NCBI GenBank assembly: GCA_031409275.1
Contig: JANNXA010000022.1
Coordinates: 236,307 to 300,306 of the forward strand
Source: Planctomycetota bacterium
GTDB taxonomy: Bacteria > Planctomycetota > B15-G4 > SIAN01
DNA: 64,000 nt
Direction: 5' to 3'
Shown here: positions 9,266 through 18,175 of the stretch, piece by piece
Numbering within the stretch: the stretch's first letter is position 1
Layout: each line of letters starts with the position of its first letter
Made by a program: the position numbers and the translations under genes
The notes under the pieces: generated by a model
Seen by the model: only the letters and a program-made list of their open reading frames with translations
Databases searched by the model: none
Told to the model about the DNA's origin: nothing

Positions 9266-10605
9266 CGCGTCACTCCGGAGCGGCCGAGCAACCGCGCAGC
9301 AAGCGCGGCCACCTGCGGATCACGATCGTCGAGCACGGTCGCCAGCTCTTCACGGCACGCCAGCGTCCCAAGACGCGCCAGCGCCTCGCATGCCGCGAGA
9401 CGCAACTCGAGTTTCCGATGGCGCAAGACCGCCCCGATCGGCGCGGCGAACACGTCGGCGTGGATCTTCTTTCGCGCCAGCGACCCGAGCGCCTGCAGGA
9501 CCTCCGCGACGTTGTCGCTGTCGAGCGCCCCGACCCACTCCGATCCTGGCCCCGCGAGCCACGAGACCTCCGCGTTGACCCAATCGAGCCACTCCTTGGT
9601 GGAATTGCCCAGCGCCACGCCGCTCATCTCGAGCAGCGACCGGTGCGCGACCTTCCGGACCCGTTCGTCGGTGTCTCCGAGTCGCACGATGAGCGCGCGC
9701 GCCGAGAGGACGTCAGCGAACCGACGCAGTGAGTAGCTGCTGGCCCGGTGCACGGCTGCGGTTTCCGAAGCGGAGAGCTTGCGAAGAACCTCGGCCATGG
9801 CGAAGCCGTCGCGTGCGCGCTGCGGCGGGTGGCGCTCGAGGTCCTCGAGCAGCACGCGGTCGAGTTCCGGCTGGCGACCGAGCAGCCGCGCGCTGAGCGC
9901 GCTCGCCAGATCGCGATCAGCGGCGCGGATCGCCTCGATGGTGCAGGTCGCGAAAGCTGGCGGAAGCGCCAGAAGGAAGCGTTCGAGGTCACCGCGGGCG
10001 GTGCGGTCGCCGGCGAGGATGGCGGCCAGCGCGTTTCGAAGCGTGCCCGCGACGACGGGATGGCCGTGGAAACGAGGATCGAGCCCCGCCATGGCCGACT
10101 GCAGGAGCGCGAGGGACGCGGCGCGACCCAGTTCGCCGCTCACGCGCATGATCGCGAGCGTGTCACGAAGCTCCGGTGCCAGCGCGATCGCGCCGCGCAG
10201 GAATTCGTCGACCGCTGACTCCGGGAACGAGCGCAACGCGTGCAGGAGCAACTGATGGTCTGGTGGTGGCTCGGAGGGTCCGCCGGTCGTGGAGTCGATT
10301 CCTTCCGCGACCGAGTCGCCCTCGATCGACAGACCGGCGAGTCGCGCAAAGCACGCCGGGATCGCCGGCTCGCCGAGCTCCAGCAGGCGCGCGAGCTGAT
10401 CGCTTTGCGAGGCGTGGAGTTCGTTGCGAAGGATCGTGGTCACCGCGGTCGCGGCCGCAGCTCCGTCCGCGGGATTGGCCACGGCGCGCCGCAGCTCGAG
10501 TTCCTGCGAGCGCAGCGCCGGCGTCAGGTTCGGCAGCACGAATGCCACGAACAGCAGTGGCGTGCTGCGCCGTTGCCATCCCTGCGTCATGTTCCGAGTC
10601 CTCAC
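9262..10605 (-). CDS. Exported HEAT-repeat protein
   Basis: Signal-like N-terminus. HEAT-type units LGDTDERVRKVAHRSL, LRLAACEALARLG and LDDRDPQVAALAARLL. Confidence 0.75.
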   Translation of the reverse strand: MRTRNMTQGWQRRSTPLLFVAFVLPNLTPALRSQELELRRAVANPADGAAAATAVTTILRNELHASQSDQLARLLELGEPAIPACFARLAGLSIEGDSVAEGIDSTTGGPSEPPPDHQLLLHALRSFPESAVDEFLRGAIALAPELRDTLAIMRVSGELGRAASLALLQSAMAGLDPRFHGHPVVAGTLRNALAAILAGDRTARGDLERFLLALPPAFATCTIEAIRAADRDLASALSARLLGRQPELDRVLLEDLERHPPQRARDGFAMAEVLRKLSASETAAVHRASSYSLRRFADVLSARALIVRLGDTDERVRKVAHRSLLEMSGVALGNSTKEWLDWVNAEVSWLAGPGSEWVGALDSDNVAEVLQALGSLARKKIHADVFAAPIGAVLRHRKLELRLAACEALARLGTLACREELATVLDDRDPQVAALAARLLGRSGVTR

Positions 10606-11999
10606 CGGTTCACCGACGCCGGACGCCAGGCGAGGAAGCTGAGCGTGTCCGAAGCGGTGCTCGGCAGGCCGGGCAGCGACACCGCGTCACGCGCGACTCG
10701 ATCGTCGAAGTTGACGGTCAGGCGCGAGTGCTGGCCCCCGAAGTCGCGGTTGATCGACACGTGGTTGCCGGCGCTCATGATTCCGTTCAGTTCGACGGTG
10801 GCGGAACCGGTGGCGTCGAGGTTGTTGTCGAGGAAGTCGTGCTCCGCGTACATGTAGGCGCTCATCGACTTCAACGTGCCGAACGCGGGGTCACCGAAGT
10901 AGATGTTGCCGCTGTCGGAGACGCTCGGATCGGCCATCGCGATCAGCGCGAGCGCATCCTTGTTCTCGTCGCCATAGAAGAGGTTGTCCGAGATGTAGAT
11001 GTTGCCGCGCACGACGATGGTGATGGCGAGCGCCGCGGCCGCTTGCAGCTGGAACGAATAGGTGATGCGGTTGTGGATCCAGAGGTTGCCGTCGATGTAG
11101 TAGACCTTGTTGTTTCCATCGGCGCCGGCGGCGCCGCCGAGCGTGATGACGTAGGGATCGGAGCCGTCCTGTTTGGAGTCGGAGTTCACCGGCTCGTACG
11201 GATCCTCGAGGAAGTAGTCGTCTTTGGCCGTCGATGACGTCTCCGAGCTCCGGTCGGTCGGGTTCTTCCGGAAGATGTGCGCCGCATTGTCCTCGGGCAC
11301 CTGGTCGGCCTTGCCACCAGCGGCGTTGGAGGCGAACGTCGAGTGGCTGGCGAATTCGCTCGCCACCATGACGTCCGCGGTCGTGTCGTAGTTCATCGCA
11401 GCGAGGTCGGGGTTCTGCTGCGTCACGCCAGACTCGCCCGGTGCGCCCGTGATCGTGCCGGTGGCGCGCGGCATTCCGGTGATGCCGGAGTCGCCCACGA
11501 ACTCGACGTCGCCGCCGCTGTAGATGTCGCCATGGACGTGGTCGGCCTGACCGCCGCTGCCCCCGAAGTGCATCGTGTAGTTCGGGTCGCCCGAGCTGTT
11601 GCCAGCGAAGACTGCGTTGTCGAACACATCGGCGCCGGCGCGGAAGACGGCTTCGATGGCCCGCGTCGAGCCGTGGTACGTCCCGTAGCAGAACACGCTC
11701 ACCGTGTTGCCGGGCTGCGGGATCGCCTCGGTCCAGTAGCTGCCGTTGCCATAGACGACCGGGTTGTTGGCGTCGCCGAGGTTGCCGTCGCCGTCCCCCG
11801 TGAGATCGATCTCGGCGAAGCGCGCGGCGGCCTCGGCCAGATAGAAGCGCTGCAGGCTGTCCTGCGACTCGTTCTGCTCGACATTCGCCGAATGGACCAC
11901 CGAGATGAGCGACGCGCCGAGTCCGGCGAGGACGATGGCGGCGAAGATCGCCGCAAGCAGCGCGCTGCCTCGGGCGGCACGACGGGCGGAATGACTCAT
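10602..11999 (-). CDS. PilX-like minor pilin / pilus assembly protein
   Basis: RGSALLAAIFAAIVLAG prepilin-like start lacking Glu+5, and FYLAEAAA PilX N-terminal motif, followed by a beta-rich domain. Confidence 0.75.
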   Translation of the reverse strand: MSHSARRAARGSALLAAIFAAIVLAGLGASLISVVHSANVEQNESQDSLQRFYLAEAAARFAEIDLTGDGDGNLGDANNPVVYGNGSYWTEAIPQPGNTVSVFCYGTYHGSTRAIEAVFRAGADVFDNAVFAGNSSGDPNYTMHFGGSGGQADHVHGDIYSGGDVEFVGDSGITGMPRATGTITGAPGESGVTQQNPDLAAMNYDTTADVMVASEFASHSTFASNAAGGKADQVPEDNAAHIFRKNPTDRSSETSSTAKDDYFLEDPYEPVNSDSKQDGSDPYVITLGGAAGADGNNKVYYIDGNLWIHNRITYSFQLQAAAALAITIVVRGNIYISDNLFYGDENKDALALIAMADPSVSDSGNIYFGDPAFGTLKSMSAYMYAEHDFLDNNLDATGSATVELNGIMSAGNHVSINRDFGGQHSRLTVNFDDRVARDAVSLPGLPSTASDTLSFLAWRPASVNR

Positions 12000-12025
12000 G
12001 GTCCAGCTCTCCAGCGGACGCAACG

Positions 12026-12670
12026 TCAATTGCGCGGCCATACGGTGGCCTCGACGGTTCGGCGGAACGTCGCGTTCCTCTGCGTGTGCTCGAGCGTGAG
12101 GCGAATGATCACGGAGCCCGCCGCCGTGCGCTCGAACACGAGACCGGCTTCGTCGTCGAGGCCGTTTCCGTTGTCGTCCGCGTTGTTCACCACCTCGCCT
12201 TCGAGGAAGCGCGCGACGCCGGTGGCCAGCACGGTCGACTGCTCGCTCACCAACCCGATATCGCGCCGCAGGACGAGGATCCCCTCGTCGACCCGGCCAT
12301 CACCGTTGTTGTCGATGCCATCGTCAGGATCGGCGGGGTCGGCCTGCCGTTCGAGTCGCGCGGCGTTGCCCCAACCGATCCCGGCGGAAGTCACGGTCGC
12401 CGGGACCTGGAAGTCGAGGAAGCTGCTCCCGAGCGGCGCGGCCGCCGGCGAAAGCGTCGCCGCGCCCGCGGGCAACAACGTCTCGGCGATCCGATTGAGC
12501 GACTCGTTGGCGCGACGGTCGATGACGGCGCGCGCCATCGTGCGCTGGCCGTCCGCCATGCCCGATTGCACGAAGCTGAAGACGCCGCCGAGGAAGACCG
12601 AGATCACCGCGACGTTGACCAGCAGCTCGTGCAGCGTGAAACCGGAGCGCGATCGATTCTTCGGATTCAT
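12026..12670 (-). CDS. Prepilin-type N-methylation domain protein (PilW/GspJ-like)
   Basis: RSG|FTLHELLVNVAVI class III signal. Two acidic D-D-N-(N/G)-(G/N)-x-G motifs (DGIDNNGDGRVDE, DDNGNGLDDE). Confidence 0.85.
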   Translation of the reverse strand: MNPKNRSRSGFTLHELLVNVAVISVFLGGVFSFVQSGMADGQRTMARAVIDRRANESLNRIAETLLPAGAATLSPAAAPLGSSFLDFQVPATVTSAGIGWGNAARLERQADPADPDDGIDNNGDGRVDEGILVLRRDIGLVSEQSTVLATGVARFLEGEVVNNADDNGNGLDDEAGLVFERTAAGSVIIRLTLEHTQRNATFRRTVEATVWPRN

Positions 12671-13281
12671 GGGCGGCCCCCGCCGACGACGGTGGCGAAA
12701 CGCAGCGTCCGGGTCCCGCCATCGGGGGCCAACCAGTCGACGCGGATGGTGATCGGCAGGATGCGATAGTCGCCCGAGCGATCGACCGCGTCGATCACGC
12801 CATCACCGTTCAAGTCAGCGCGATCGCCGAGTTCAGCGAACAGCAGATCCTCGCGCAGGACTTCGTTGCCGCCGATGGTCGCGAGGGGCAGGTCGATGCG
12901 GCAGGTCATCTTCGGCGGGATCGCCTGCGGATCGCCCTTGGCGCGCTCCTCGCCGGTGGGCATCTCGAAGACGTCGCCGCGCGCCGTCCCGCTGCCCCGC
13001 GGGTCATCGTTCGGATCGCGGTTGTAGGCGGCGACGACCTGCGCGATCGGCTGCGCGAGCATCTCCTCGACGACACGGCGCGCGATCTCGTTGGCAGCGG
13101 CGACCGTCCGGGTCTCTCGTTCGAGCGCGCTCGACGACACGGTCGCGGAAAGGAAGCCGAGGCTCGAGATCGAGACGACGACGATCGCGACGAGGCTGTC
13201 GACGAGGCCGATCCCGCGACGATTCGCCGCGCGTCCCGAACATGCGCGATCGGTGCGGTTGCTTCTCGAACTCGTAACCAT
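12667..13281 (-). CDS. PilV/GspI-like minor pilin
   Basis: RRG|IGLVDSLVAIVVVSI prepilin-like motif, DLNGDGVID loop and C-terminal PITIRVDW. Start re-chosen at ATG 13281. Confidence 0.75.
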   Translation of the reverse strand: MVTSSRSNRTDRACSGRAANRRGIGLVDSLVAIVVVSISSLGFLSATVSSSALERETRTVAAANEIARRVVEEMLAQPIAQVVAAYNRDPNDDPRGSGTARGDVFEMPTGEERAKGDPQAIPPKMTCRIDLPLATIGGNEVLREDLLFAELGDRADLNGDGVIDAVDRSGDYRILPITIRVDWLAPDGGTRTLRFATVVGGGRP

Positions 13282-13419
13282 GACGATCCCCTGCGAACGG
13301 CCGCGCGAGTGCGCGGGCAACGGCGGGCGCGCTCGACGTGGTTCGACGCAACGGTCCCCCTGGCTGAATCCACTAGGAAGACGATTCCGGATCGGCGCGT
13401 TCCGCGCGCAGCGGGCGTG

Positions 13420-13434
13420 GCGCGGGCCGTGCCA
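13420..13434 (-). promoter_or_regulatory. Possible sigma-54 promoter of the minor-pilin operon
   Basis: Minus strand reads TGGCACG-GCCC-GCGC. The -24 box is perfect and GG/GC spacing is correct, but the -12 box is weak. Confidence 0.3.
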
Positions 13435-13512
13435 CCCCACTCCGCGCAGGTGCAACTCGACTCTGGATGGCCCGGATACCATCGCGTGCCTCCCCTTTTG
13501 CGGAGTCCGTGC

Positions 13513-15399
13513 ATGCATCGTCTCGACCGCTCGCTTCCGTTGCGCGCCAGCTGCCGCGGCATCGCGTTTTCGACGCTCTTCTGGTCCACCGCGACGGTCG
13601 CGATGGCGCAATCGCCCGAGAAGGCGGAGCCCCGCTTCGTCGACGGCGAGGCGCAGGTGGTGGACGCCTTTCGGGACCCGAAACAGTGGGTCCGCGACGA
13701 GCTGTGGGTCGAAGCGGAGTTCGACTCCGACGGCGACGGCCAGCTCGATCGAATGCACGTCGATGTGACGCGGCCGCGCCAGACCGACAGCGAAGGGTTG
13801 ACCGTCGCGGTGATCTACGAGTCGAGCCCGTACTTCTCAGGCACCGCGGGCGGTGACAAGGCGTTCTTCTGGGACCCTCATCAGGAACTCGGCGGCAAGC
13901 CCAAGCCGCGTCCCCATCCGCCCGAGATCCCGTTCCAGAAGAACTCGCCGAGGATCTCCGAATCGCTGGTCGGCGAGTGGGTGCCGCGCGGCTTCGCGGT
14001 CGTCCACTCGGAGGCTCCCGGTACGGGTCAATCGCAAGGCGCGCCGACCGTGGGCGGTCCGGTGGAAGCGTTGGCGCCGAAGGCGGTGATCGACTGGCTC
14101 AACGGCCGCGCCAAGGGCTACACCGCCCCGCGCGGCGGCAAGGAGCTGAAGGCCTACTGGTCGACCGGTCGCGTCGGGATGACCGGGACGTCGTACAACG
14201 GGACCATTCCGATCGCCGCCGCCACTACCGGCGTCGAAGGGCTGGTGGCCATCATCCCGGTGGCGCCGAACACCTCGTACTACCGCTACTACCGCTCGAA
14301 CGGACTCGTGCGCCACCCTGGCGGCTGGATGGGCGAGGACATGGACGTCCTCTACGACTTCATCCACAGCGGCGATCCGAAGCGTCGCGCCGACAACAAC
14401 CGTGACGTGCGCGACAAGGTGCTGCTCGCTCAGCAGGATCGCGTCACCGGCGACTACAACGACTTCTGGGCCGGTCGCGACCTCTGGCGCCATCTCGACA
14501 AGATCCAGGCAGCGTGTCTGTTGGCCCACGGACTGAACGACTGGAACGTGATGCCCGAGCACAGCGTGCATGTCTACGAGTCGCTGAAGGCGCGCGGCGT
14601 CCCTGCCCAGCTCTACTTGCACCAGGGGGGACATGGCGGCGATCCGCCACTGCGCCAGATGAACCGTTGGTTCACGCGCTGGCTCTACGAGGTCGAGAAC
14701 GGCGTCGAGGACGATGCTCGCTCGTGGGTCGTTCGCGAGGGAAGCCGCAACGGCGAGCCGACTCCCTACGCCGACTACCCCAATCCGGCCTTCGCGATGG
14801 TGACGCTCCACCCCGGCGCCGGCGGCGAGAAGATCGGTGCGCTCACGGTCACCGCGTCGGCGCCGCCTGCTGGGCGGGCGCTCGTCGAGCGGTTCATCGA
14901 TGACGTTTCCGTTGCGGGCGGCGACCTCGCGAAAGCGTCGGCGTCGCCCCATCGACTGCTCTACGCGCTGCCGGCGCTGAAGGAGCCACTCCACCTCTCC
15001 GGCACGCCGCGCCTCACGGTGCGACTGGCCAGCAGCAAGCCGGCCACCAACTTGTCGGTGTGGCTCGTCTCGCTGCCATGGACGGCGGGCGGCAACCTGA
15101 ACGCCAACCTGATCAACCGCGGCTGGGCCGACCCCCAGAACCACGCTTCGATCACCCACGGTGAGCCGCTGGTGCCAGGCACCTTCTACGACGTCACGTT
15201 CGAGCTGCAGCCCGACGACCAGATCGTGCCCGCCGGCGAGCAGATCGCGCTGATGCTCTTCGCGAGCGACCAGGAGTTCACGCTCTGGCCGACCGCCGGA
15301 ACGGAAGTGTCGATCGAGCTGGCCGGCACCACGCTCGAGCTGCCGATCGTCGGCGGCGAGGCAGCGCTGGCGACCGCGATCGGCGCGAGCGGTTCCTGA
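13513..15399 (+). CDS. Xaa-Pro dipeptidyl-peptidase (peptidase S15, PepX/CocE family), exported
   Basis: Signal peptide, GMTGTSYNG nucleophile motif, HGLNDWNV and LHQGGH, followed by a PepX C-terminal domain. Confidence 0.9.
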   Translation: MHRLDRSLPLRASCRGIAFSTLFWSTATVAMAQSPEKAEPRFVDGEAQVVDAFRDPKQWVRDELWVEAEFDSDGDGQLDRMHVDVTRPRQTDSEGLTVAVIYESSPYFSGTAGGDKAFFWDPHQELGGKPKPRPHPPEIPFQKNSPRISESLVGEWVPRGFAVVHSEAPGTGQSQGAPTVGGPVEALAPKAVIDWLNGRAKGYTAPRGGKELKAYWSTGRVGMTGTSYNGTIPIAAATTGVEGLVAIIPVAPNTSYYRYYRSNGLVRHPGGWMGEDMDVLYDFIHSGDPKRRADNNRDVRDKVLLAQQDRVTGDYNDFWAGRDLWRHLDKIQAACLLAHGLNDWNVMPEHSVHVYESLKARGVPAQLYLHQGGHGGDPPLRQMNRWFTRWLYEVENGVEDDARSWVVREGSRNGEPTPYADYPNPAFAMVTLHPGAGGEKIGALTVTASAPPAGRALVERFIDDVSVAGGDLAKASASPHRLLYALPALKEPLHLSGTPRLTVRLASSKPATNLSVWLVSLPWTAGGNLNANLINRGWADPQNHASITHGEPLVPGTFYDVTFELQPDDQIVPAGEQIALMLFASDQEFTLWPTAGTEVSIELAGTTLELPIVGGEAALATAIGASGS

Positions 15400-15441
15400 C
15401 CGCGACCTCGTCCTCGCCTCGTTCGGCGCCGCGCCCTCCCG

Positions 15442-16386
15442 CTACTGCTTGGGTGCGGCGCCGAGCGGAATGACGATCTCGGCGCGCCGCGATCCGACGC
15501 GAGCGACGAGGCGCAGCTCTTTGCCCTTCTCGAACTTCACCTCGTCGAGGAGGAAGTGGTCAGACTTCTCCTGGACTTCAGTCCAGGTGACGCTGCCCTT
15601 CTTGTCCCACATCGCGACGTGAGCGGCGAGCGGCGAGAAGGCGTCGGCGCTCGGCGTGTCATGGGCAACGTAGAGCGCCTCGGATTCGCCGAGCAGAACA
15701 TTGAAGACCTTCGGTGCGTCCTTCGGCGCCGAAGCGAGCGTCACGGTCGCGACCGGCGACTTCGTGGTGCCGGAGAGGCGCTTCGCGAGCCACTCCGCCG
15801 GCAGCTTGAATCCGTCGACTGTCGCGCCGCCGGCCTTCTTGGTGAGCGATCCGACGACGGTGAACGGCACCGCCACGCGCGGTGCGCCGAAGGTGACGGT
15901 GAAGAGCAGCGGGCGCAGCTCCTTGTCCGTGGCTTCCCCATCGGGTGCGAGCGTCGTCTCGAGCTTGCTCGACGGTTGCTTCGCGTCGCTCAACGTGCTC
16001 GGGAGGTTCGTGTTGGCGGAGATCGAGACGAGGCGACCCGCCCCTTCGACCAGGAGCTCGAACTTCTGCTCCTGCGGGCGCATCAGCTGGATTCGATAGC
16101 CGCCCGGCGGAATCACGAGATCCCCGACCAGCAGCGGGGCCCCGGTGATCAACGAGCTGGCCGGTCCGGCGCCGAGGCGCCACGGCTGGCCGATCTCGAG
16201 GTCCTTCAGCGTGTACTTGCCGACGCGCGGGACGCCGCAGTCGAGACGCACTTCCTGGCCTTGCCAGCTGAACTTCGTCTCGGCGCGCTGGCCGGACGCG
16301 AGCGGCACGAGCGTGGCGACGGCCCATGCCGCGAGCACCGTGCGCGCACCAGCGGACAGGAGTCGTCGGCAATCGGCGAGCTTCAA
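15442..16386 (-). CDS. Exported protein with DUF2911-like N-terminal domain
   Basis: Signal peptide and WRLGAG...LLVGDLVIPPGGY motif. TTG start with upstream GGAG chosen. Confidence 0.55.
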   Translation of the reverse strand: MKLADCRRLLSAGARTVLAAWAVATLVPLASGQRAETKFSWQGQEVRLDCGVPRVGKYTLKDLEIGQPWRLGAGPASSLITGAPLLVGDLVIPPGGYRIQLMRPQEQKFELLVEGAGRLVSISANTNLPSTLSDAKQPSSKLETTLAPDGEATDKELRPLLFTVTFGAPRVAVPFTVVGSLTKKAGGATVDGFKLPAEWLAKRLSGTTKSPVATVTLASAPKDAPKVFNVLLGESEALYVAHDTPSADAFSPLAAHVAMWDKKGSVTWTEVQEKSDHFLLDEVKFEKGKELRLVARVGSRRAEIVIPLGAAPKQ

Positions 16387-16524
16387 GAGCGTCTCCAGCG
16401 TTCGAGAAGGGCGGGGACGCTGGCGTACGCCCCAAGCGCGCACCCCAGGCCCGGTCGGAGCGCGTCCTCGAACAGGCGCGTTGTACGACCGGACCGAGGT
16501 GGCGTTCCGCATCGCGCGTCCGCC

Positions 16525-17868
16525 TCAGTGGCGAAGCGCGATCGCGTTCAGTTGGGTCTGGTAGTGCGAGAGCCCGTTCGCGAAGAGCACGCGCGCAATT
16601 CCATCGGGCCCGGCCGCCACTGGGATCGGGTCGTTCCAGAGCCCGCTCCTGGCCAGAGTCTGCGCCGGGCTCCACCACTTGCCGCCGGCGCCGAACAACT
16701 TCCCGTAGGTTGCCGCCCGTACGCCGAGCGTGACGTTGTCCTCCCAGGTCACCACGATCACCGAGCCGTCGCCGCTCGCGGCGACCTGCGGCGGCCCGAC
16801 ATCTTCGATCGCGAAGAAGCGCGTGTCGGAGAGCTGACGCGGCGAAGAGAAGCTGCCCCCAAGTGCCGGACGCGTCGCCACCTTCGTGGCGTGGGTCGAG
16901 AGCGGTGGCGCGAGCAGCGCGCTCCACGCGACGATGAGGTTGCCGGCGTCGTCGGTCGCGAGCGCCGGCGAATCGCTCCACTCCGCTGCGACTGAGACGA
17001 GGGCCGGCGCCGAGAACATGGTCCCACGCCGCGCCTGAGTGGCCGTCATGATCGCGCCGTTCTCGTTCCAAGCGATCGCGCCGCGGCCGAGTTCATCGAT
17101 GACGACCTGCGGATTCCAGACGTTCGTGCCGATCGCCGTCACATGGATCGGGGACGACCAGGAGCCCGCGCCGCTGCGTACCGCTGCGTCGAGCCGACTC
17201 GGGGTGTAGCCCACCGCAGCGGACTGCCAGACCGCGATGGCGACTCCATTCGCGTTCATCGCCAGCTGCGGCAGGAGCGCGTGGTTCGACGCATCACTGA
17301 TGTCTCGTGGCAGCGACCAGCTGCCGCCCAGTGGCCGTTCGACCGCTTGCACGCGCAGGTGCACGCCGTCGGAGTGGAGCCACGTTGCGACCACGTTGCC
17401 CTGACCGTCGATGGCGACATGCGCCTGGCTCAGCGAAGGGTCGGTCGGCGACAGCGTTTCCGGAGCGCCCCAAACGGCGGCGCCCGGCAGCAAGGTCGCC
17501 GCTTCGATCTCGGTGCGGCCGTAGCGACCCGGAATGATGTCGACCCAGATCGCCACCGCCGTTCCATCGCGACCGACCGCGACGGAGGTGTCGAGCGCGG
17601 TGCTCTTCGGGCCCGACAGTTTGGTCACCGCCGACCAGGGACTGCCGGCACGCTTGATCGCCGCCTGCGGCCCTGCGCTCTGCTGAGACCACGCCGCGAT
17701 GGTGCCGCCAAAGCGGTCCATGACGACCGTCGCGTCGAGCTGGATGACGCTGAAGTCGGGCTTTGCGATCGGAACTGGAGCCCCCCAGTTCTGAGCGGAA
17801 GCGGTGCCGCCAAGCGCGACGACCGCCGCGAGCAAGGTCGCGCGACGCAATGACAGCTGCTTCGTCAT
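16525..17868 (-). CDS. Secreted beta-propeller-like repeat protein
   Basis: GGAGG RBS and signal peptide ending ASA-Q. About 8 repeats of P.(V/L)A.D..G....W and WS.P..LS. Confidence 0.75.
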   Translation of the reverse strand: MTKQLSLRRATLLAAVVALGGTASAQNWGAPVPIAKPDFSVIQLDATVVMDRFGGTIAAWSQQSAGPQAAIKRAGSPWSAVTKLSGPKSTALDTSVAVGRDGTAVAIWVDIIPGRYGRTEIEAATLLPGAAVWGAPETLSPTDPSLSQAHVAIDGQGNVVATWLHSDGVHLRVQAVERPLGGSWSLPRDISDASNHALLPQLAMNANGVAIAVWQSAAVGYTPSRLDAAVRSGAGSWSSPIHVTAIGTNVWNPQVVIDELGRGAIAWNENGAIMTATQARRGTMFSAPALVSVAAEWSDSPALATDDAGNLIVAWSALLAPPLSTHATKVATRPALGGSFSSPRQLSDTRFFAIEDVGPPQVAASGDGSVIVVTWEDNVTLGVRAATYGKLFGAGGKWWSPAQTLARSGLWNDPIPVAAGPDGIARVLFANGLSHYQTQLNAIALRH

Positions 17869-17936
17869 GGCTTCCTCCCACCCCGTCGCTGCGTCGGCGG
17901 CATGCCGATCGACTCCACGCGGGACGAGGGATGGGC

Positions 17937-17952
17937 TGCAACCGCGATGCCA
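17937..17952 (-). promoter_or_regulatory. Sigma-54 (-24/-12) promoter
   Basis: Minus strand reads TGGCATC-GCGG-TTGCA, about 70 nt upstream of the ATG at 17868. Confidence 0.6.
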
Positions 17953-18175
17953 GAGCAAGCGTTGCACGACGCACTGGCGAGCCGCATCGATGGCGTCAGC
18001 AGACGATGCAATCGCTGCGAGCGCGTCGACCATTTCTGCGCGCGATGGGCATCCCTTCGCATCGCGCGGGCGGCCTCGCCCGCCGCGACGAGGAAAGGGT
18101 GGATCATGAACGAGGGCGGCTAGCCTCCGCTCCGAGCCAGTCGACTCGAATCAGCGCGCGGGAAGGATCTGGAAC

